The position numbers and the translations under genes were made by a program. This document shows, piece by piece, positions 49,518 through 59,840 of a DNA stretch of 64,000 bases (within the stretch, counting starts at the first letter, position 1; each line of letters begins with the position of its first letter). A model generated the notes under the pieces. It was not told where the DNA came from, did not search any database, and saw only the letters and a list, made by a program, of their open reading frames with translations. The DNA is taken from the NCBI GenBank assembly GCA_965249725.1, contig CBDFMQ010000002.1, positions 640,001 to 704,000 on the forward strand, written 5' to 3'. The stretch is from Longimicrobiales bacterium (lineage in GTDB: Bacteria > Gemmatimonadota > Gemmatimonadetes > Longimicrobiales > Gaopeijiaceae).

Positions 49518-50840
49518 TCAGAGTTCCAGATCCTCACCCGGTCGATCGCCCGGTGTGTGCCGCACGGCGTGGCCCCGGGCCGCCTCGTCGTCGCCCCGCG
49601 CCAGGGCCTTCTCGACCCGGGGGGAGATCTCACCTGCCCGACGGAGTGTGTTGGTCGTGAGGACCGGACCGACCAACTCAGAGATCACCACCCCCAGCAC
49701 GACGACGCTGAACAGCGCCTCTCCCGCGTTTACCCCGGCAACCTCGAGGCCATAGAACGTCAAGAAGGCGGACAACGCCATCGCCAGGGAGATCCCCCCC
49801 TGTGGAATGAGGCCGAGGCCCAGGAAGGAGGGTGTGGCAAAGCCCTGTTTCGCGATCCGCACCATGGCGCTGCACGCCGCGACCTTGGCGCTCCCCCTGA
49901 GGAAAGCGTATCCGAGGGCGAGGGGCAGTATCCAAACCGAGGGAAAGCGGAGGAGTGCCCCGGCGAGCATCAGGAGGACCACGTAGATCGGTTTCTCCCA
50001 CTTGGCCAGGACGCCGTAGACCCTCCTGGGATCCGGCACCACATTGCCGATCACGATGCCCATGACAAGGCAGACGAAGAGGGGTGACAACTGCAGCTGA
50101 AGCGCGGCGCCGGCCGCGAAAGCCGTGATGCCCATCAAGAATAGAACCATCTCTTCCATATCGGTGCGCCTACGGGCCAGCCACACGAAGATGATTCCGC
50201 ACAGAACCCCTAGGCCGGCGGCCAGGACGGTCCAGACGGGAGTAGGGAGCCTCCCGAGTAGAGCGAGGCTCTCACCCGTATGGTGGCTCGAGTAGACGAC
50301 CTGGAGGACGGCGATCCCGATCAGGGCGTCCATGGATGCCGTGAACAGGAGCATTTCCCTTACCGGCCCCCGGATCAGGAAGTTGGATGAGATGATGGCG
50401 ATGCCGGCCGGGGCGGATATGCAGGCGGTCGCCGCCGTCAGGAGCACCAAGAGGACCTCGGTCCGGCCGACCCGGCCCAGGGCCCAGAGGACGCCGATCC
50501 CGAGGGCCGACAGGAGCGCGAAGGCCAGGAGCGCCTGCCCGGCCGCGAACAGGTGTAGCCTGCCCGGGAACGCCCGATATGTATCCCGCTCGAACTGGAG
50601 ACCGAACAGCAGGCCCACCCACCCGAGGCCCAGTGCCACAAAGGGGAAGAGGTGTTCGAGTGCGTCGGCCGTCACGAATCCCATCATCGACGGTCCGAGC
50701 ACGAAGCCGACGAAGATGAAGTGCGTGCCCGTCCGAAAGAGTAGGCGAGGGCCAGACGGAACGTTCTCCGTGGAAAACGTGAATCGAGCGCCCAACAGAG
50801 CCAGAATGATGAGAATGAAGGTGGCCAGGAGCGGATCCAT
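49518..50840 (-). CDS. Cation:proton antiporter family membrane protein
   Basis: About 12 TM, G..LGP, GLGLIPQGGISL, ELVGP. Confidence 0.8.
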   Translation of the reverse strand: MDPLLATFILIILALLGARFTFSTENVPSGPRLLFRTGTHFIFVGFVLGPSMMGFVTADALEHLFPFVALGLGWVGLLFGLQFERDTYRAFPGRLHLFAAGQALLAFALLSALGIGVLWALGRVGRTEVLLVLLTAATACISAPAGIAIISSNFLIRGPVREMLLFTASMDALIGIAVLQVVYSSHHTGESLALLGRLPTPVWTVLAAGLGVLCGIIFVWLARRRTDMEEMVLFLMGITAFAAGAALQLQLSPLFVCLVMGIVIGNVVPDPRRVYGVLAKWEKPIYVVLLMLAGALLRFPSVWILPLALGYAFLRGSAKVAACSAMVRIAKQGFATPSFLGLGLIPQGGISLAMALSAFLTFYGLEVAGVNAGEALFSVVVLGVVISELVGPVLTTNTLRRAGEISPRVEKALARGDDEAARGHAVRHTPGDRPGEDLEL

Positions 50841-50848
50841 GAACCGTG

Positions 50849-51202
50849 CTACTCCGGCTGTTCGCCCAATTCCGTAGCCGACAATCCAACCACTCGATCC
50901 AACGGGAGCGTAAACAGGATGCCCGTTGCGGGGTCCTCCAGGTTTCCGCAGATATCCTGAAAGAGCACGATCACCTCTTCAACCAGGTCATCGTCCAGGA
51001 CCGTGAAGATGGTCCGATTCTGGGGCCTTGATCGATCGATGAGCGTCTGTAGGCCGGCGAAGATTGGTATGTCGTGCGAGAGCACCCGACCCATCCCCTC
51101 GGAGTTGATGACGGTCGCACCGCGCACACCCAGTTCCACGAAACCGGAGAGGATTTCGTCGAGCTTCTCAGGCTGATTGACGACGGCAACTAGTAAGTGC
51201 AT
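50849..51202 (-). CDS. P-II-like regulatory protein
   Basis: GVRGATVINSEGMG, GILFTLP...V.GL. Confidence 0.8.
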   Translation of the reverse strand: MHLLVAVVNQPEKLDEILSGFVELGVRGATVINSEGMGRVLSHDIPIFAGLQTLIDRSRPQNRTIFTVLDDDLVEEVIVLFQDICGNLEDPATGILFTLPLDRVVGLSATELGEQPE

Positions 51203-51208
51203 GGCATG

Positions 51209-51670
51209 TCAGCGTCGGTCGTCCATAGCCCGCAAGGCTTCGGCCAAGAGCTCCTCCGAGCCCGCCGAACGAAGTTGTTCCACGGCGGACGGGTCGGATG
51301 CCAATCGCGCGATCCTGGCCAGAATCCTGATGTGCTCACCGCCCCGGTCGGGCGGAGACAGGAGCAGGAAGAAGACGGAGCAGGGGTCGATCTCGGCCGG
51401 ACCGAAAGCGACCGGGTCACCGGAGACGGCTACCACCAGGAGCGTCTTCTCCAATCCGTCCACCGTGGCGTGGGGAATCGCAACGCCGTTGCCGATGACG
51501 GTGGTGTGCACTTCCTCGGTGCGTGTCAGCCGGTCTATCACGTCCGACTCGTTCTGGATCAGTCCTCTGCCCGCGAGGGTCTGAGCCAAAACCCCGATCG
51601 TGTCGTCGCGGGATTCGGCCGTGAATCCATACAGCATCGAAGTGGCTTGAACGAAATCTGTTAAGCGCAT
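51209..51670 (-). CDS. PTS IIA (Ntr/fructose-type) domain protein
   Basis: TTVIGNGVAIPHA, HIRILARIARL. Confidence 0.88.
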   Translation of the reverse strand: MRLTDFVQATSMLYGFTAESRDDTIGVLAQTLAGRGLIQNESDVIDRLTRTEEVHTTVIGNGVAIPHATVDGLEKTLLVVAVSGDPVAFGPAEIDPCSVFFLLLSPPDRGGEHIRILARIARLASDPSAVEQLRSAGSEELLAEALRAMDDRR

Positions 51671-52001
51671 GATCTGTACATAGTTACGATGCCAGTACGA
51701 AAGGGACAGAGCCCGGTGCAGGACTCGCCACGTAATGCGTAGCCGGAGTGAAACGCCCCCTGAACGGGGTCCCTCCCCACGTCGGCACGCTACGTGCAAC
51801 AGAGTACCGCAAGGTACCGCGACACGCGAGGGGTGACGGCGGTTACCGGCGGGATATCTCTAGCTGGAGGGTGTTACCATGAAGAGCCGGTTGCTGCGTC
51901 GGGGGACGGTGGAATATGTTCGGGGTCGACGTGGCAAAACGGGCACGAGATGGGACACCGAATCGGTGCCGGCCCGCTACTTCGGAGACCGCAAGGAGGA
52001 C

Positions 52002-53285
52002 ATGCCAAGCTTCATCGTCGAGGGCGGCCATACCCTGGCCGGGTCGATTCGACCGGCCGGCAACAAGAACGCCGCGTTGCCTGCAATCGCCGCCACAGTG
52101 CTCGCAACCGAGCCCGTCACTCTGCAGAACATCCCCCGCATCAGAGATGTCGAGACGTTACTCGAGATCGTGAACTCACTCGGTGCCCACGTGCGTTGGG
52201 ACGACGACAACGTGGTCACCGTCGATGCGTCGGCGGTGGCTTCGGCCGACGTCGATCGTGAGCTGGCGGAGCGCATCCGTGCGTCGCTGCTCCTTGCAGG
52301 ACCTCTCCTGGCTCGCTTCGGACGGGTCGATCTGCCACCCCCCGGCGGAGACGTGATCGGTCGCCGTCGGATGGACACTCATTTCCTGGCCTTCGAGGCG
52401 CTGGGTGCCGAGGTCCGCTTGAACGGGGGTTTTCAGATCGAGGCACCCGTCCTCAAGGGGGCGGACGTATTCCTCGACGAGCCCTCGGTTACCGCTAGCG
52501 AGAATGCGATCATGGCGGCAGTCCTCGCTGAGGGCCAAACGCTCCTGCGCAACGTCGCTTCGGAGCCGCATGTCCAGGATCTGTGCCATCTGCTCAACGG
52601 CATGGGGGCTCACATCGAGGGGATCGGCACGAATCAGCTGCGGCTGGAGGGGGTCAAGGAGCTGGGCGGAACCACTTTTGCGATCGGTACAGATCACATC
52701 GAGACGGGGTCGTTCATCGGCTTGGCCGCCGTGACGGGGAGTGAGTTGGTGATCGAGGGAGCTCCGATCGAGCACCTGGACTCCACCCTCCTCGGGTTCG
52801 CCCGCCTTGGGGTAGAGGTGAGTATCGACGGGGATTCCCTCACGGTTCACGGCGACCGGGAGTGTCGGGTAGCCAGCGACGCCTTCGGTGCGGTGCCCAA
52901 GATCGACGACGGTCCGTGGCCCGCGTTTCCGGCCGATCTCACGTCCATAGCGGTGGTCACGGCAACACGATGCCACGGCACGGTCCTGGTGCACGAGAAG
53001 ATGTTCGAGTCTCGCATGTACTTCACGGACAAGCTCGTGGCGATGGGTGCCCAGATCATTCTCTGCGACCCCCACCGGGCCGTAGTGGCTGGTCCTTCGC
53101 GGCTCCGGGGTACCACCCTGGAGAGTCCGGACATCCGGGCCGGCATGGCCATGCTGATCGCGGCGCTCGGAGCGGAGGGTACGAGTCGTATCCAGAACAT
53201 TCGACAAATCGAGCGGGGGTACGAGCGCATCGATGAGCGCCTTCGCGCCCTGGGGGCCCGGATCGAGCGGGTCGAAGCCTCCTAG
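52002..53285 (+). CDS. murA: UDP-N-acetylglucosamine 1-carboxyvinyltransferase (Asp at the Cys115-equivalent position)
   Basis: [46 protein letters not shown]. Confidence 0.95.
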   Translation: MPSFIVEGGHTLAGSIRPAGNKNAALPAIAATVLATEPVTLQNIPRIRDVETLLEIVNSLGAHVRWDDDNVVTVDASAVASADVDRELAERIRASLLLAGPLLARFGRVDLPPPGGDVIGRRRMDTHFLAFEALGAEVRLNGGFQIEAPVLKGADVFLDEPSVTASENAIMAAVLAEGQTLLRNVASEPHVQDLCHLLNGMGAHIEGIGTNQLRLEGVKELGGTTFAIGTDHIETGSFIGLAAVTGSELVIEGAPIEHLDSTLLGFARLGVEVSIDGDSLTVHGDRECRVASDAFGAVPKIDDGPWPAFPADLTSIAVVTATRCHGTVLVHEKMFESRMYFTDKLVAMGAQIILCDPHRAVVAGPSRLRGTTLESPDIRAGMAMLIAALGAEGTSRIQNIRQIERGYERIDERLRALGARIERVEAS

Positions 53286-53425
53286 GACGGAAACTCGCGG
53301 CCTCGTCCAGTCGTAGGGCATCTGGTGGCTGAGGGGTTCGCCTACCGCTACACTAGACGACGGCGACCGACAAGATCACACCAAACGCGACCAACACGGT
53401 CACCCCAGTGGAGAAGGGCCTCAAC

Positions 53426-53848
53426 ATGTCGGAAGAAAACGCTCCCGAGGAGCACAACGAGGAGCACAACGAGGAGCACAACGGGGAGCACAACGGGGAG
53501 CACAACGGGGACAACGACGGTGCGGGCACCGAGCAGGACTCCGAGGAGAAGAGCCGCGCGGACAGCATCAAAGGCGGTATTCGGCAGGGGATGGGCATGC
53601 TCAATGCCATGAAGGACGCCATTGAGGAGACCCTCAACGAGGCCAAGGAGCGGGGCGACCTCTCCCCTGAAAGAGCGAAGGAAGTCATGCGCTCGACGCT
53701 GGAGAGAGCCCAGGCGAAGGCCGGTGAAGCCCGTGAAGCCCTCGACTTCGTCAAACAGAAGGACTTCGACGGTTTGAAGACGGTCGTGGATGGACTCAAA
53801 GAAAGAGTTAAGAGCGTCGAACGGTCGCTGGGGCTCGAAGCGGAGTAG
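53426..53848 (+). CDS. Phasin-like helical protein
   Basis: ERGDLS.E.AK pattern and C-terminal coiled coil, typical of PhaF/phasin-like small proteins. Confidence 0.55.
   Translation: MSEENAPEEHNEEHNEEHNGEHNGEHNGDNDGAGTEQDSEEKSRADSIKGGIRQGMGMLNAMKDAIEETLNEAKERGDLSPERAKEVMRSTLERAQAKAGEAREALDFVKQKDFDGLKTVVDGLKERVKSVERSLGLEAE
53447..53506 (+). repeat. Coding tandem repeat, 5 x 12 bp GRGGAGCACAAC (EEHN/GEHN)
   Basis: Read directly. Confidence 0.93.
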
Positions 53849-53920
53849 CCCTCCGAGCCGCCGGCCGAGGAGGAATAGTGCGTGTGAGTCGCTGAGTAGG
53901 GGGGTTTAGGGCCCCAAGTC

Positions 53921-53949
53921 TTGAGAAATCAAGGCATTGCGTCTATATT
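53921..53949 (+). promoter_or_regulatory. Sigma-70 promoter of the rimP-nusA-infB operon
   Basis: TTGAGA - 17 nt - TATATT. Confidence 0.7.
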
Positions 53950-53988
53950 ACCGCTCGTAACGGCCGCCCCTGGGCGGCCACTTTTGTG

Positions 53989-54018
53989 AGTGGGGGAGTT
54001 GGTAGCCCCCGCTTTTTT
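53989..54018 (+). promoter_or_regulatory. rimP leader terminator/attenuator hairpin
   Basis: AGTGGGGG-loop-CCCCCGCT followed by a T-tract, in the usual position upstream of rimP. Confidence 0.7.
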
Positions 54019-54060
54019 GTTCTCGGTGGTTTGCGTTTCGAGCCTCCGATAGGGGCGGCC

Positions 54061-54549
54061 ATGGCTGCATCACGGCCCGAAGTCGAGCAGAAGATGGAGG
54101 AGCAGATCGCGACTCTCGGATTCGAGCTCGTCTCGTTGGAGTGGGCCGGGAGCCGGAATCGACCGATCATGCGAATTCGCATGGACCGGCCGGATTCGGG
54201 GCAAGAGTCGACGGTCACCGTGGACGACTGCGCTCAGGTGAGCCGTGCACTGGAGGCATGGCTCGACGAGGACGAAGAGGTGCCGGAGCGCTACGTGTTG
54301 GAGGTCTCGTCTCCGGGAGTCGAGCGGCCGTTGGTACGGCCGCGAGACTGGGAGCGGTTTGCGGGCCTGCCTGTCGTGGTGAAGGGCCACGGGGTTCTCG
54401 CGGAACGATCCAACCGGATCGAGGGGGAGTTGTTGGGATTGGACTCGGGCCCGGAACCGACGGCCCGGCTCCGACTGGAAGATGGTACCGAGGTGAGCGT
54501 GGCCCTTACTGAAATCAAGGGTGCTCACCTCCTGTTCAACTGGAAGTAG
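54061..54549 (+). CDS. rimP: Ribosome maturation factor RimP
   Basis: VTVDDCAQVSR, YVLEVSSPGVERPL. Confidence 0.95.
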   Translation: MAASRPEVEQKMEEQIATLGFELVSLEWAGSRNRPIMRIRMDRPDSGQESTVTVDDCAQVSRALEAWLDEDEEVPERYVLEVSSPGVERPLVRPRDWERFAGLPVVVKGHGVLAERSNRIEGELLGLDSGPEPTARLRLEDGTEVSVALTEIKGAHLLFNWK

Positions 54550-54568
54550 GCGTACGGGTGAGGACACT

Positions 54569-56071
54569 ATGACTGTTGATACCGGCCAAATCGTAGCGGC
54601 GTTCAGAGATGTCGCCGCAACGAAGAGCCTGTCCCCAGACGAGGTGAACGAACTCCTCAAGGATGGGATCAGGGCGGGTCTGGCGCGCATATACGGTCCG
54701 AACGTACAAGCCGAGATCATCATTGACGACGCCATGGGCGGGTTCGAGATCACCGTCTTGAGGCGTGTGGTCGAAGAGGTAGAGGACCCGTCGTCCGAGA
54801 TCAGCCTCGAAGAGGCCCGCTGGGACGATGAGGGCTTCGAAGTCGGTGACGTCATGGAAATCCCAGTCGACTTTGCGGAATTCGGACGCAACGCAGTCAT
54901 GGCCGTGAAGCAGCGTATCGTCCAATTGGTTCGAGAGAACGAGCGGGATCGGATTCGTGATGAATACTCGGACCGGATCGGGGAGTTGCTCTCCGGCGAG
55001 GTGCAGCAGATGGAGCGTGGTAAGATCGTGGTCATGCTCAACCGCTCCGCCGAAGCCGACGCGATCATCCCCTGGAAGGACCAGAACCCACGGGAGCGGT
55101 TCCGGCAGGGTGATCCCATCCGATGCGTTCTCAAGAAAGTCGAGGAAACGCCGAAGGGTCCGCGGCTCATCCTCTCTCGGGGTGACCCTCTGTTCGTCTC
55201 GGCTCTCTTCAACCTCGAGGTGCCGGAGATCCACCAGGGTATCGTGGATATCAAAGAAGTGGCGCGCGAGGTAGGCGGGCGCACCAAGATCGCCGTCTAC
55301 AGCCGGGACGAGTCCATCGATCCCGTGGGTGCTTGCGTCGGCCTCAGGGGTTCCCGTGTACAGGCGGTGGTGCAAGAGCTCGGAGGCGAGCGGATCGACA
55401 TCGTGCCGTGGCATGCCGAGCCAGAAATCTTCGCTCGGCGCGCCCTGGCCCCGGCACGGGTCTCGAAGGTCATGAGTGATCCGGAGCGGCAGGTGATCAC
55501 GGCGATCGTCGACGAGGATCAGCTCTCGCTGGCCATCGGTCGAAACGGCCAAAACGTACGGCTCGCATCTCAGCTCATCGGTTGGCAGATCGACCTGTAC
55601 GGTTCGCGGGAGTGGGTCGAGCTCGGCGCAGACCTGTCGCTGTTCCAGGAGCCCGGAGAGGACGAGTACGAAACTTCGGACTTCTCCCTGGCTGAGTTGG
55701 ATCTTGCCCCGACCACGCTAGCGGCTCTCGGAGCCGCTGGATATAGTACTTTTTTGCAGATTATCGACTTCGATCGCGATAATTTCTTGGCCATCGAAGG
55801 GCTCACGGAGGACGCTGCGGATCGGCTTCTGTCGCTCATCGATGAGCTCACGGTCGTGGCGGATCCGTCCGGCGACCCGTCTGGCGACCCGTCTCGCCCC
55901 GTGAGTGACGGCGCAGAGGGTGCTGCTGTCGAGGCCCACGACCTCTCAGGCGCATCCGAGGAAGATGAGGCGCCGGCGGCAGAGGCACAGGCCGAGCCGG
56001 AGGCTGAAGCGGACGCCGCCACGGACGGGTCAGAGGCCGGGTCGGACGATGATGAACCGGTCGGAGCGTAG
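54569..56071 (+). CDS. nusA: Transcription termination factor NusA
   Basis: FGRNA, EVPEI, RTKIAV, DPVGACVG.RGSR, AIGRNGQNVRLAS. Confidence 0.96.
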   Translation: MTVDTGQIVAAFRDVAATKSLSPDEVNELLKDGIRAGLARIYGPNVQAEIIIDDAMGGFEITVLRRVVEEVEDPSSEISLEEARWDDEGFEVGDVMEIPVDFAEFGRNAVMAVKQRIVQLVRENERDRIRDEYSDRIGELLSGEVQQMERGKIVVMLNRSAEADAIIPWKDQNPRERFRQGDPIRCVLKKVEETPKGPRLILSRGDPLFVSALFNLEVPEIHQGIVDIKEVAREVGGRTKIAVYSRDESIDPVGACVGLRGSRVQAVVQELGGERIDIVPWHAEPEIFARRALAPARVSKVMSDPERQVITAIVDEDQLSLAIGRNGQNVRLASQLIGWQIDLYGSREWVELGADLSLFQEPGEDEYETSDFSLAELDLAPTTLAALGAAGYSTFLQIIDFDRDNFLAIEGLTEDAADRLLSLIDELTVVADPSGDPSGDPSRPVSDGAEGAAVEAHDLSGASEEDEAPAAEAQAEPEAEADAATDGSEAGSDDDEPVGA

Positions 56072-56396
56072 CTCGCTCATGCTGCTAGGGTTGGCCCGAC
56101 GCGCGGGGGCATTGGAGCGAGGGACCGGGGCGACCCAGCGGGCCGTCAAAGACGGACGGGCTCGACTGGTACTTCTGGCCCAGGACGCGTCGGAGGTCCA
56201 ACTGGAGAGGGTATTGAAGTTGATGCGACATCGGGACACTCCCCGGGTGACGTTGGGGAGCCGGGCGGAGCTGGGTGCGGCGGTGGGGTCCGCACCGCTC
56301 TCGGCGGTAGCGGTCACCGATGAGAGTTTTGCGAGTCAGTTGGCCGGCCAATTGGCCGTGAACGTGGGTAGGCACGAAGAGACTGAGCGGAGGTAG
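56049..56396 (+). CDS. L7Ae/L30e-family RNA-binding protein (YlxQ-like)
   Basis: LLGLARRAG, LVLLAQDAS, ELGAAVG, AVTD..FA. Confidence 0.88.
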   Translation: MMNRSERSSLMLLGLARRAGALERGTGATQRAVKDGRARLVLLAQDASEVQLERVLKLMRHRDTPRVTLGSRAELGAAVGSAPLSAVAVTDESFASQLAGQLAVNVGRHEETERR

Positions 56397-56405
56397 GCGA
56401 AGCAG

Positions 56406-59069
56406 ATGCGGGTTGTAGAACTAGCTGACGATCTTGGAGTTTCCTCCAAGGTTCTGCTTAGCCTCCTGAGAACGATGCGCATTCCCGTCCCGGACGCTGA
56501 TGCGCCGATGAGCGACGAGGACGTGTCGCGCATCCTCGCTCGGCTCGAGCGTGAGCGCCGTGCCGGTCACAAGGACGCGGCCGAGGCGATTCAGGCTGCC
56601 ATCGAGGACGCCAAACCCACTGCGGGCAAGCGGCGCAGGCGCCGTGCGAGCGAAATACCGCCGGAACCAGAGCCCGAAGTCGAAGAGGACGCTGGCGAGG
56701 CAGAGGCGGGGGAGACCTCCGAGACGCCCGTCGCAGAGTCCGAAGACGCAGCCGATGAGGCCGCCGATGAAGCCGCCGGGAGTGCCGATGAGGACCAGGC
56801 GGACCCGGATGAGGCTGGGGAGCCGGTAGCCGAAGAAGAGGCGACGGAGGAGACCCCGCCAGAGGAGCTCCAGGCGGAAGAAGAACAGCCGGACGTCGAG
56901 GCGCCCGTCGAGGAAGTGGCTGCCGAGGTGGTTGCCGAAGCACCCCCCGAGCCTGAAGGCCCGCCCGCTCCGCCACCGGAGCCGGTTCGCCAGTCTGCCC
57001 TGGAGGGACCCGCTCGCGTGATCCGTCGGCCAAAGCCCTCCGCGGGTGCAGGAGCAGCCGGTCAAGTGCGGGTTCAGGCGGAAGGCTATACCCCGGACGG
57101 CCAGAGGCAGCAGCGGGCGAAGAAGAAGGGCAAGAAGCGCCAGCGCGTCGATCAGAGTGCCGTACAGGAGAACATCCAGCGGGTCATGGCCGAGCTCAAA
57201 GGCGGCAGCAAGAAGCGTCGCCGGAAGGGGTCCACCCCCTCGAAGGAGGAGAAGGAGGCCGCCGAGCAGGAGGCAGCCCAGGAGCAGGAGCGAGAGCGCA
57301 CGACCGTGCGGGTCAACGAGTTCCTCACGGTCTCGGAGTTGTCCGAGCTGGTGGACGTTTCGTCGACCGAAATCATCGGTTCGGCGTTCAAGAACCTCGG
57401 TATGATGGTCACCATCAACCAGAGGCTCGATTTCGATCAGATCGAGATGCTCTTGGACGAGTTCGATTTCACTGCGGTGCGCGAGGAGGAGTACGTCGCC
57501 CAGGAAGAGACCGTGGTCCAGGAAGAAGACCCCGAGGATCTCGAGCCGCGGGCCCCGGTCGTCACGGTCATGGGTCACGTCGACCACGGAAAGACGCTGC
57601 TGCTCGACAAGATCCGGAGTACGAACGTCGTCGCCGGAGAGTCCGGGGGGATCACCCAGCACATCGGCGCGTACCACGTCGAGCTGGAAAACCAGCGAAT
57701 GATCACGTTCCTGGATACTCCCGGTCACGCCGCGTTCACGGCCATGCGGGCGAGGGGCGCCGAGGTCACGGATATCGTCATTCTGGTGGTAGCCGCGGAC
57801 GACTCCGTCATGCCTCAGACCAAAGAGGCCATCAGCCACGCCCGGAACGCGGGTGTTCCCCTGATCGTGGCGGTCAACAAGTGTGATTTGCCCGCCGCCG
57901 ACCCGATGAAGGTCAAGCAGGAGCTGCTCCAGCAGGAGGTTCAGGTCGAGGACTACGGCGGGGATGTCCTGAGCGCGGACATCTCTGCGAAGACAGGAGA
58001 GGGCATCGACGATCTGTTGGAGAAGGTCCTGCTACAGTCTGACCTGCTCGAACTGAAGGCGAACCCGAACCGCGACGCGAGCGGGATCGTCATCGAGGCC
58101 CAACTCGACATCGGAAAGGGCCCCGTGGTCTCGATTCTGGTGCAAAGAGGGACGCTCAGGGTCGGGGACTCCTTCGTGGTGGGTCACCACGAAGGCCGAG
58201 TGCGGGCCATGCTCGACGAGCGAGGCCATGCGGTCGAGGAAGCGGCCCCGGGGATTCCGGTGCAGCTTCTCGGGACGGCAGGAGTGCCGCAGGCCGGCGA
58301 TACGTTCCAGGCGATGGTGCCCGACAAGGCCAGCGAGGTCGCTCAGAGCCGTATGCGCCTCGAGCGTGAGAAGCAGCTTCGGATCAAGGAGCGAGGCGTC
58401 AAGCTCGGAGACTTCTCCGGACTCCTCGCATCAGGCGAGGCCGACACGCTGCCCCTCATCATCAAGGCCGACGTGGATGGCTCGGTACAGGCGCTTTCCG
58501 ATGCACTCGAGCAGATCGGGACCGACGAGGTGAAGGTCCAGATCGTCCACCGGGCGGTCGGAGCCATCAACGAGGAAGACGTCCTGCTCGCCGGCACGTC
58601 GGGATCGGTCATCATCGGCTTTCGGGTTCGCCCCTACACGAATGCTCGCAAGCATGCCGAGCGTGACGGTGTGGACATCCGGGTCTATGACGTCATCTAC
58701 GAGGCCGTGGACGAAATCCGGGCCGCCCTCGAGGGCATGTTGGCACCGGAGCGGCGGGAGACCGTTCTGGGCACCGCCGAGGTCCGCGAGGTCTTCAAGG
58801 TCGGTAAGGTGGGCACGATCGCCGGCTCGCACGTCCTGGAAGGTGTGATCGATCGGAAGTCCGAGGTGCGCCTGGTACGCGAGGGGATCGTCATCTACCA
58901 GGGCGAAGTCTCTTCCCTCAAGCGCTTCAAGGACGATGCGAAAGAGGTGCGAGAAGGCTTCGAGTGCGGCATCGGGATCGGCAACTTCAACGACATCAAG
59001 GTCGGCGACATCATCGAGTGCTACTCCGTCGAGGAAGTGGCTCGCACGCTTGCCGGAGCCACAGGGTAG
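56406..59069 (+). CDS. infB: Translation initiation factor IF-2
   Basis: [47 protein letters not shown]. Confidence 0.97.
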   Translation: MRVVELADDLGVSSKVLLSLLRTMRIPVPDADAPMSDEDVSRILARLERERRAGHKDAAEAIQAAIEDAKPTAGKRRRRRASEIPPEPEPEVEEDAGEAEAGETSETPVAESEDAADEAADEAAGSADEDQADPDEAGEPVAEEEATEETPPEELQAEEEQPDVEAPVEEVAAEVVAEAPPEPEGPPAPPPEPVRQSALEGPARVIRRPKPSAGAGAAGQVRVQAEGYTPDGQRQQRAKKKGKKRQRVDQSAVQENIQRVMAELKGGSKKRRRKGSTPSKEEKEAAEQEAAQEQERERTTVRVNEFLTVSELSELVDVSSTEIIGSAFKNLGMMVTINQRLDFDQIEMLLDEFDFTAVREEEYVAQEETVVQEEDPEDLEPRAPVVTVMGHVDHGKTLLLDKIRSTNVVAGESGGITQHIGAYHVELENQRMITFLDTPGHAAFTAMRARGAEVTDIVILVVAADDSVMPQTKEAISHARNAGVPLIVAVNKCDLPAADPMKVKQELLQQEVQVEDYGGDVLSADISAKTGEGIDDLLEKVLLQSDLLELKANPNRDASGIVIEAQLDIGKGPVVSILVQRGTLRVGDSFVVGHHEGRVRAMLDERGHAVEEAAPGIPVQLLGTAGVPQAGDTFQAMVPDKASEVAQSRMRLEREKQLRIKERGVKLGDFSGLLASGEADTLPLIIKADVDGSVQALSDALEQIGTDEVKVQIVHRAVGAINEEDVLLAGTSGSVIIGFRVRPYTNARKHAERDGVDIRVYDVIYEAVDEIRAALEGMLAPERRETVLGTAEVREVFKVGKVGTIAGSHVLEGVIDRKSEVRLVREGIVIYQGEVSSLKRFKDDAKEVREGFECGIGIGNFNDIKVGDIIECYSVEEVARTLAGATG

Positions 59070-59098
59070 TTTCCGGCAGTCCGTAGGAGGAGCGAAAG

Positions 59099-59380
59099 GT
59101 GTTGGTGGCCGCGTGCTCATGGGAGCTTTCGCTTCCCGGATGCGCCTCCCTTAAGGAAAAGCGGAGGGTCGTGAAGTCGCTCAAGGACCGTCTTCGCAGC
59201 CGATTCAACGTTTCGGTGGCCGAGACCGACCACCAGGACGTTTGGACGAGAGCCCAACTATCCATCGCGCTGGTCACGACCGACGGCCGACTCGCGGAGT
59301 CGACGCTTGCGAAGGTCGATCACCTCATCGAGGGGGAGACCCGCGCCGTGATCCTCTCCAGCAAGAGAGACCTCTTCTAG
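59099..59380 (+). CDS. DUF503 (YlxP-like) protein
   Basis: SLKEKRRVVKSL..RL..RFNVSVAE.D.QD.W. Confidence 0.9.
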   Translation: MLVAACSWELSLPGCASLKEKRRVVKSLKDRLRSRFNVSVAETDHQDVWTRAQLSIALVTTDGRLAESTLAKVDHLIEGETRAVILSSKRDLF

Positions 59381-59384
59381 CGCT

Positions 59385-59840
59385 ATGCCCAACCGACGCC
59401 TCGAACGCCTGAACGAGCAGTTCCGACGAGAAATCACCGGCATCCTGCACCGAAGCGTGAGGGATCCACGGGTGACCGACGTGGTGGTCACGGGCGTCGC
59501 CGTGACGTCCGATCTCTGGCTCGCCCGCGTGTATGTCCGAGTGTCCGGGGAAGATGCGGACCGCGATGAGGCTCTGAAGGGTCTCGAAGGGGCTTCCAAC
59601 TTCATCCGCAGGGAACTGGGGTCCATGCTGCACATCCGCCGGATTCCCGAGTTGCGGTTCCTGGAGGACGAGACGCTCGATCAGGCCACTCGCATCGAGG
59701 AGATCCTGCGCGAGATCGTCCAGGAGGAGCAGGGAGAGCAGGAGCAGGAAGAGCAGGAGCAGGAAGAGCAAGAGCAGGAAGAGCAAGAGCAGGAAGAGCA
59801 GGGGGCGCCGGAGGAGCAGGAAGAGCGGTCGGGGGAGTGA
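59385..59840 (+). CDS. rbfA: Ribosome-binding factor A with an EQ-repeat tail
   Basis: RDPRV, DL..ARVY, R..PELRF..D. 15-bp tandem repeat at 59736-59795. Confidence 0.94.
   Translation: MPNRRLERLNEQFRREITGILHRSVRDPRVTDVVVTGVAVTSDLWLARVYVRVSGEDADRDEALKGLEGASNFIRRELGSMLHIRRIPELRFLEDETLDQATRIEEILREIVQEEQGEQEQEEQEQEEQEQEEQEQEEQGAPEEQEERSGE

Noticed and set aside
56421..57839. Long antisense or alternate-frame ORFs (e.g. 56421-57839, 54070-55287, 31304-32413, 2633-3703)
   Set aside because: Shadows of well-supported genes, expected in high-GC DNA with few stop codons.
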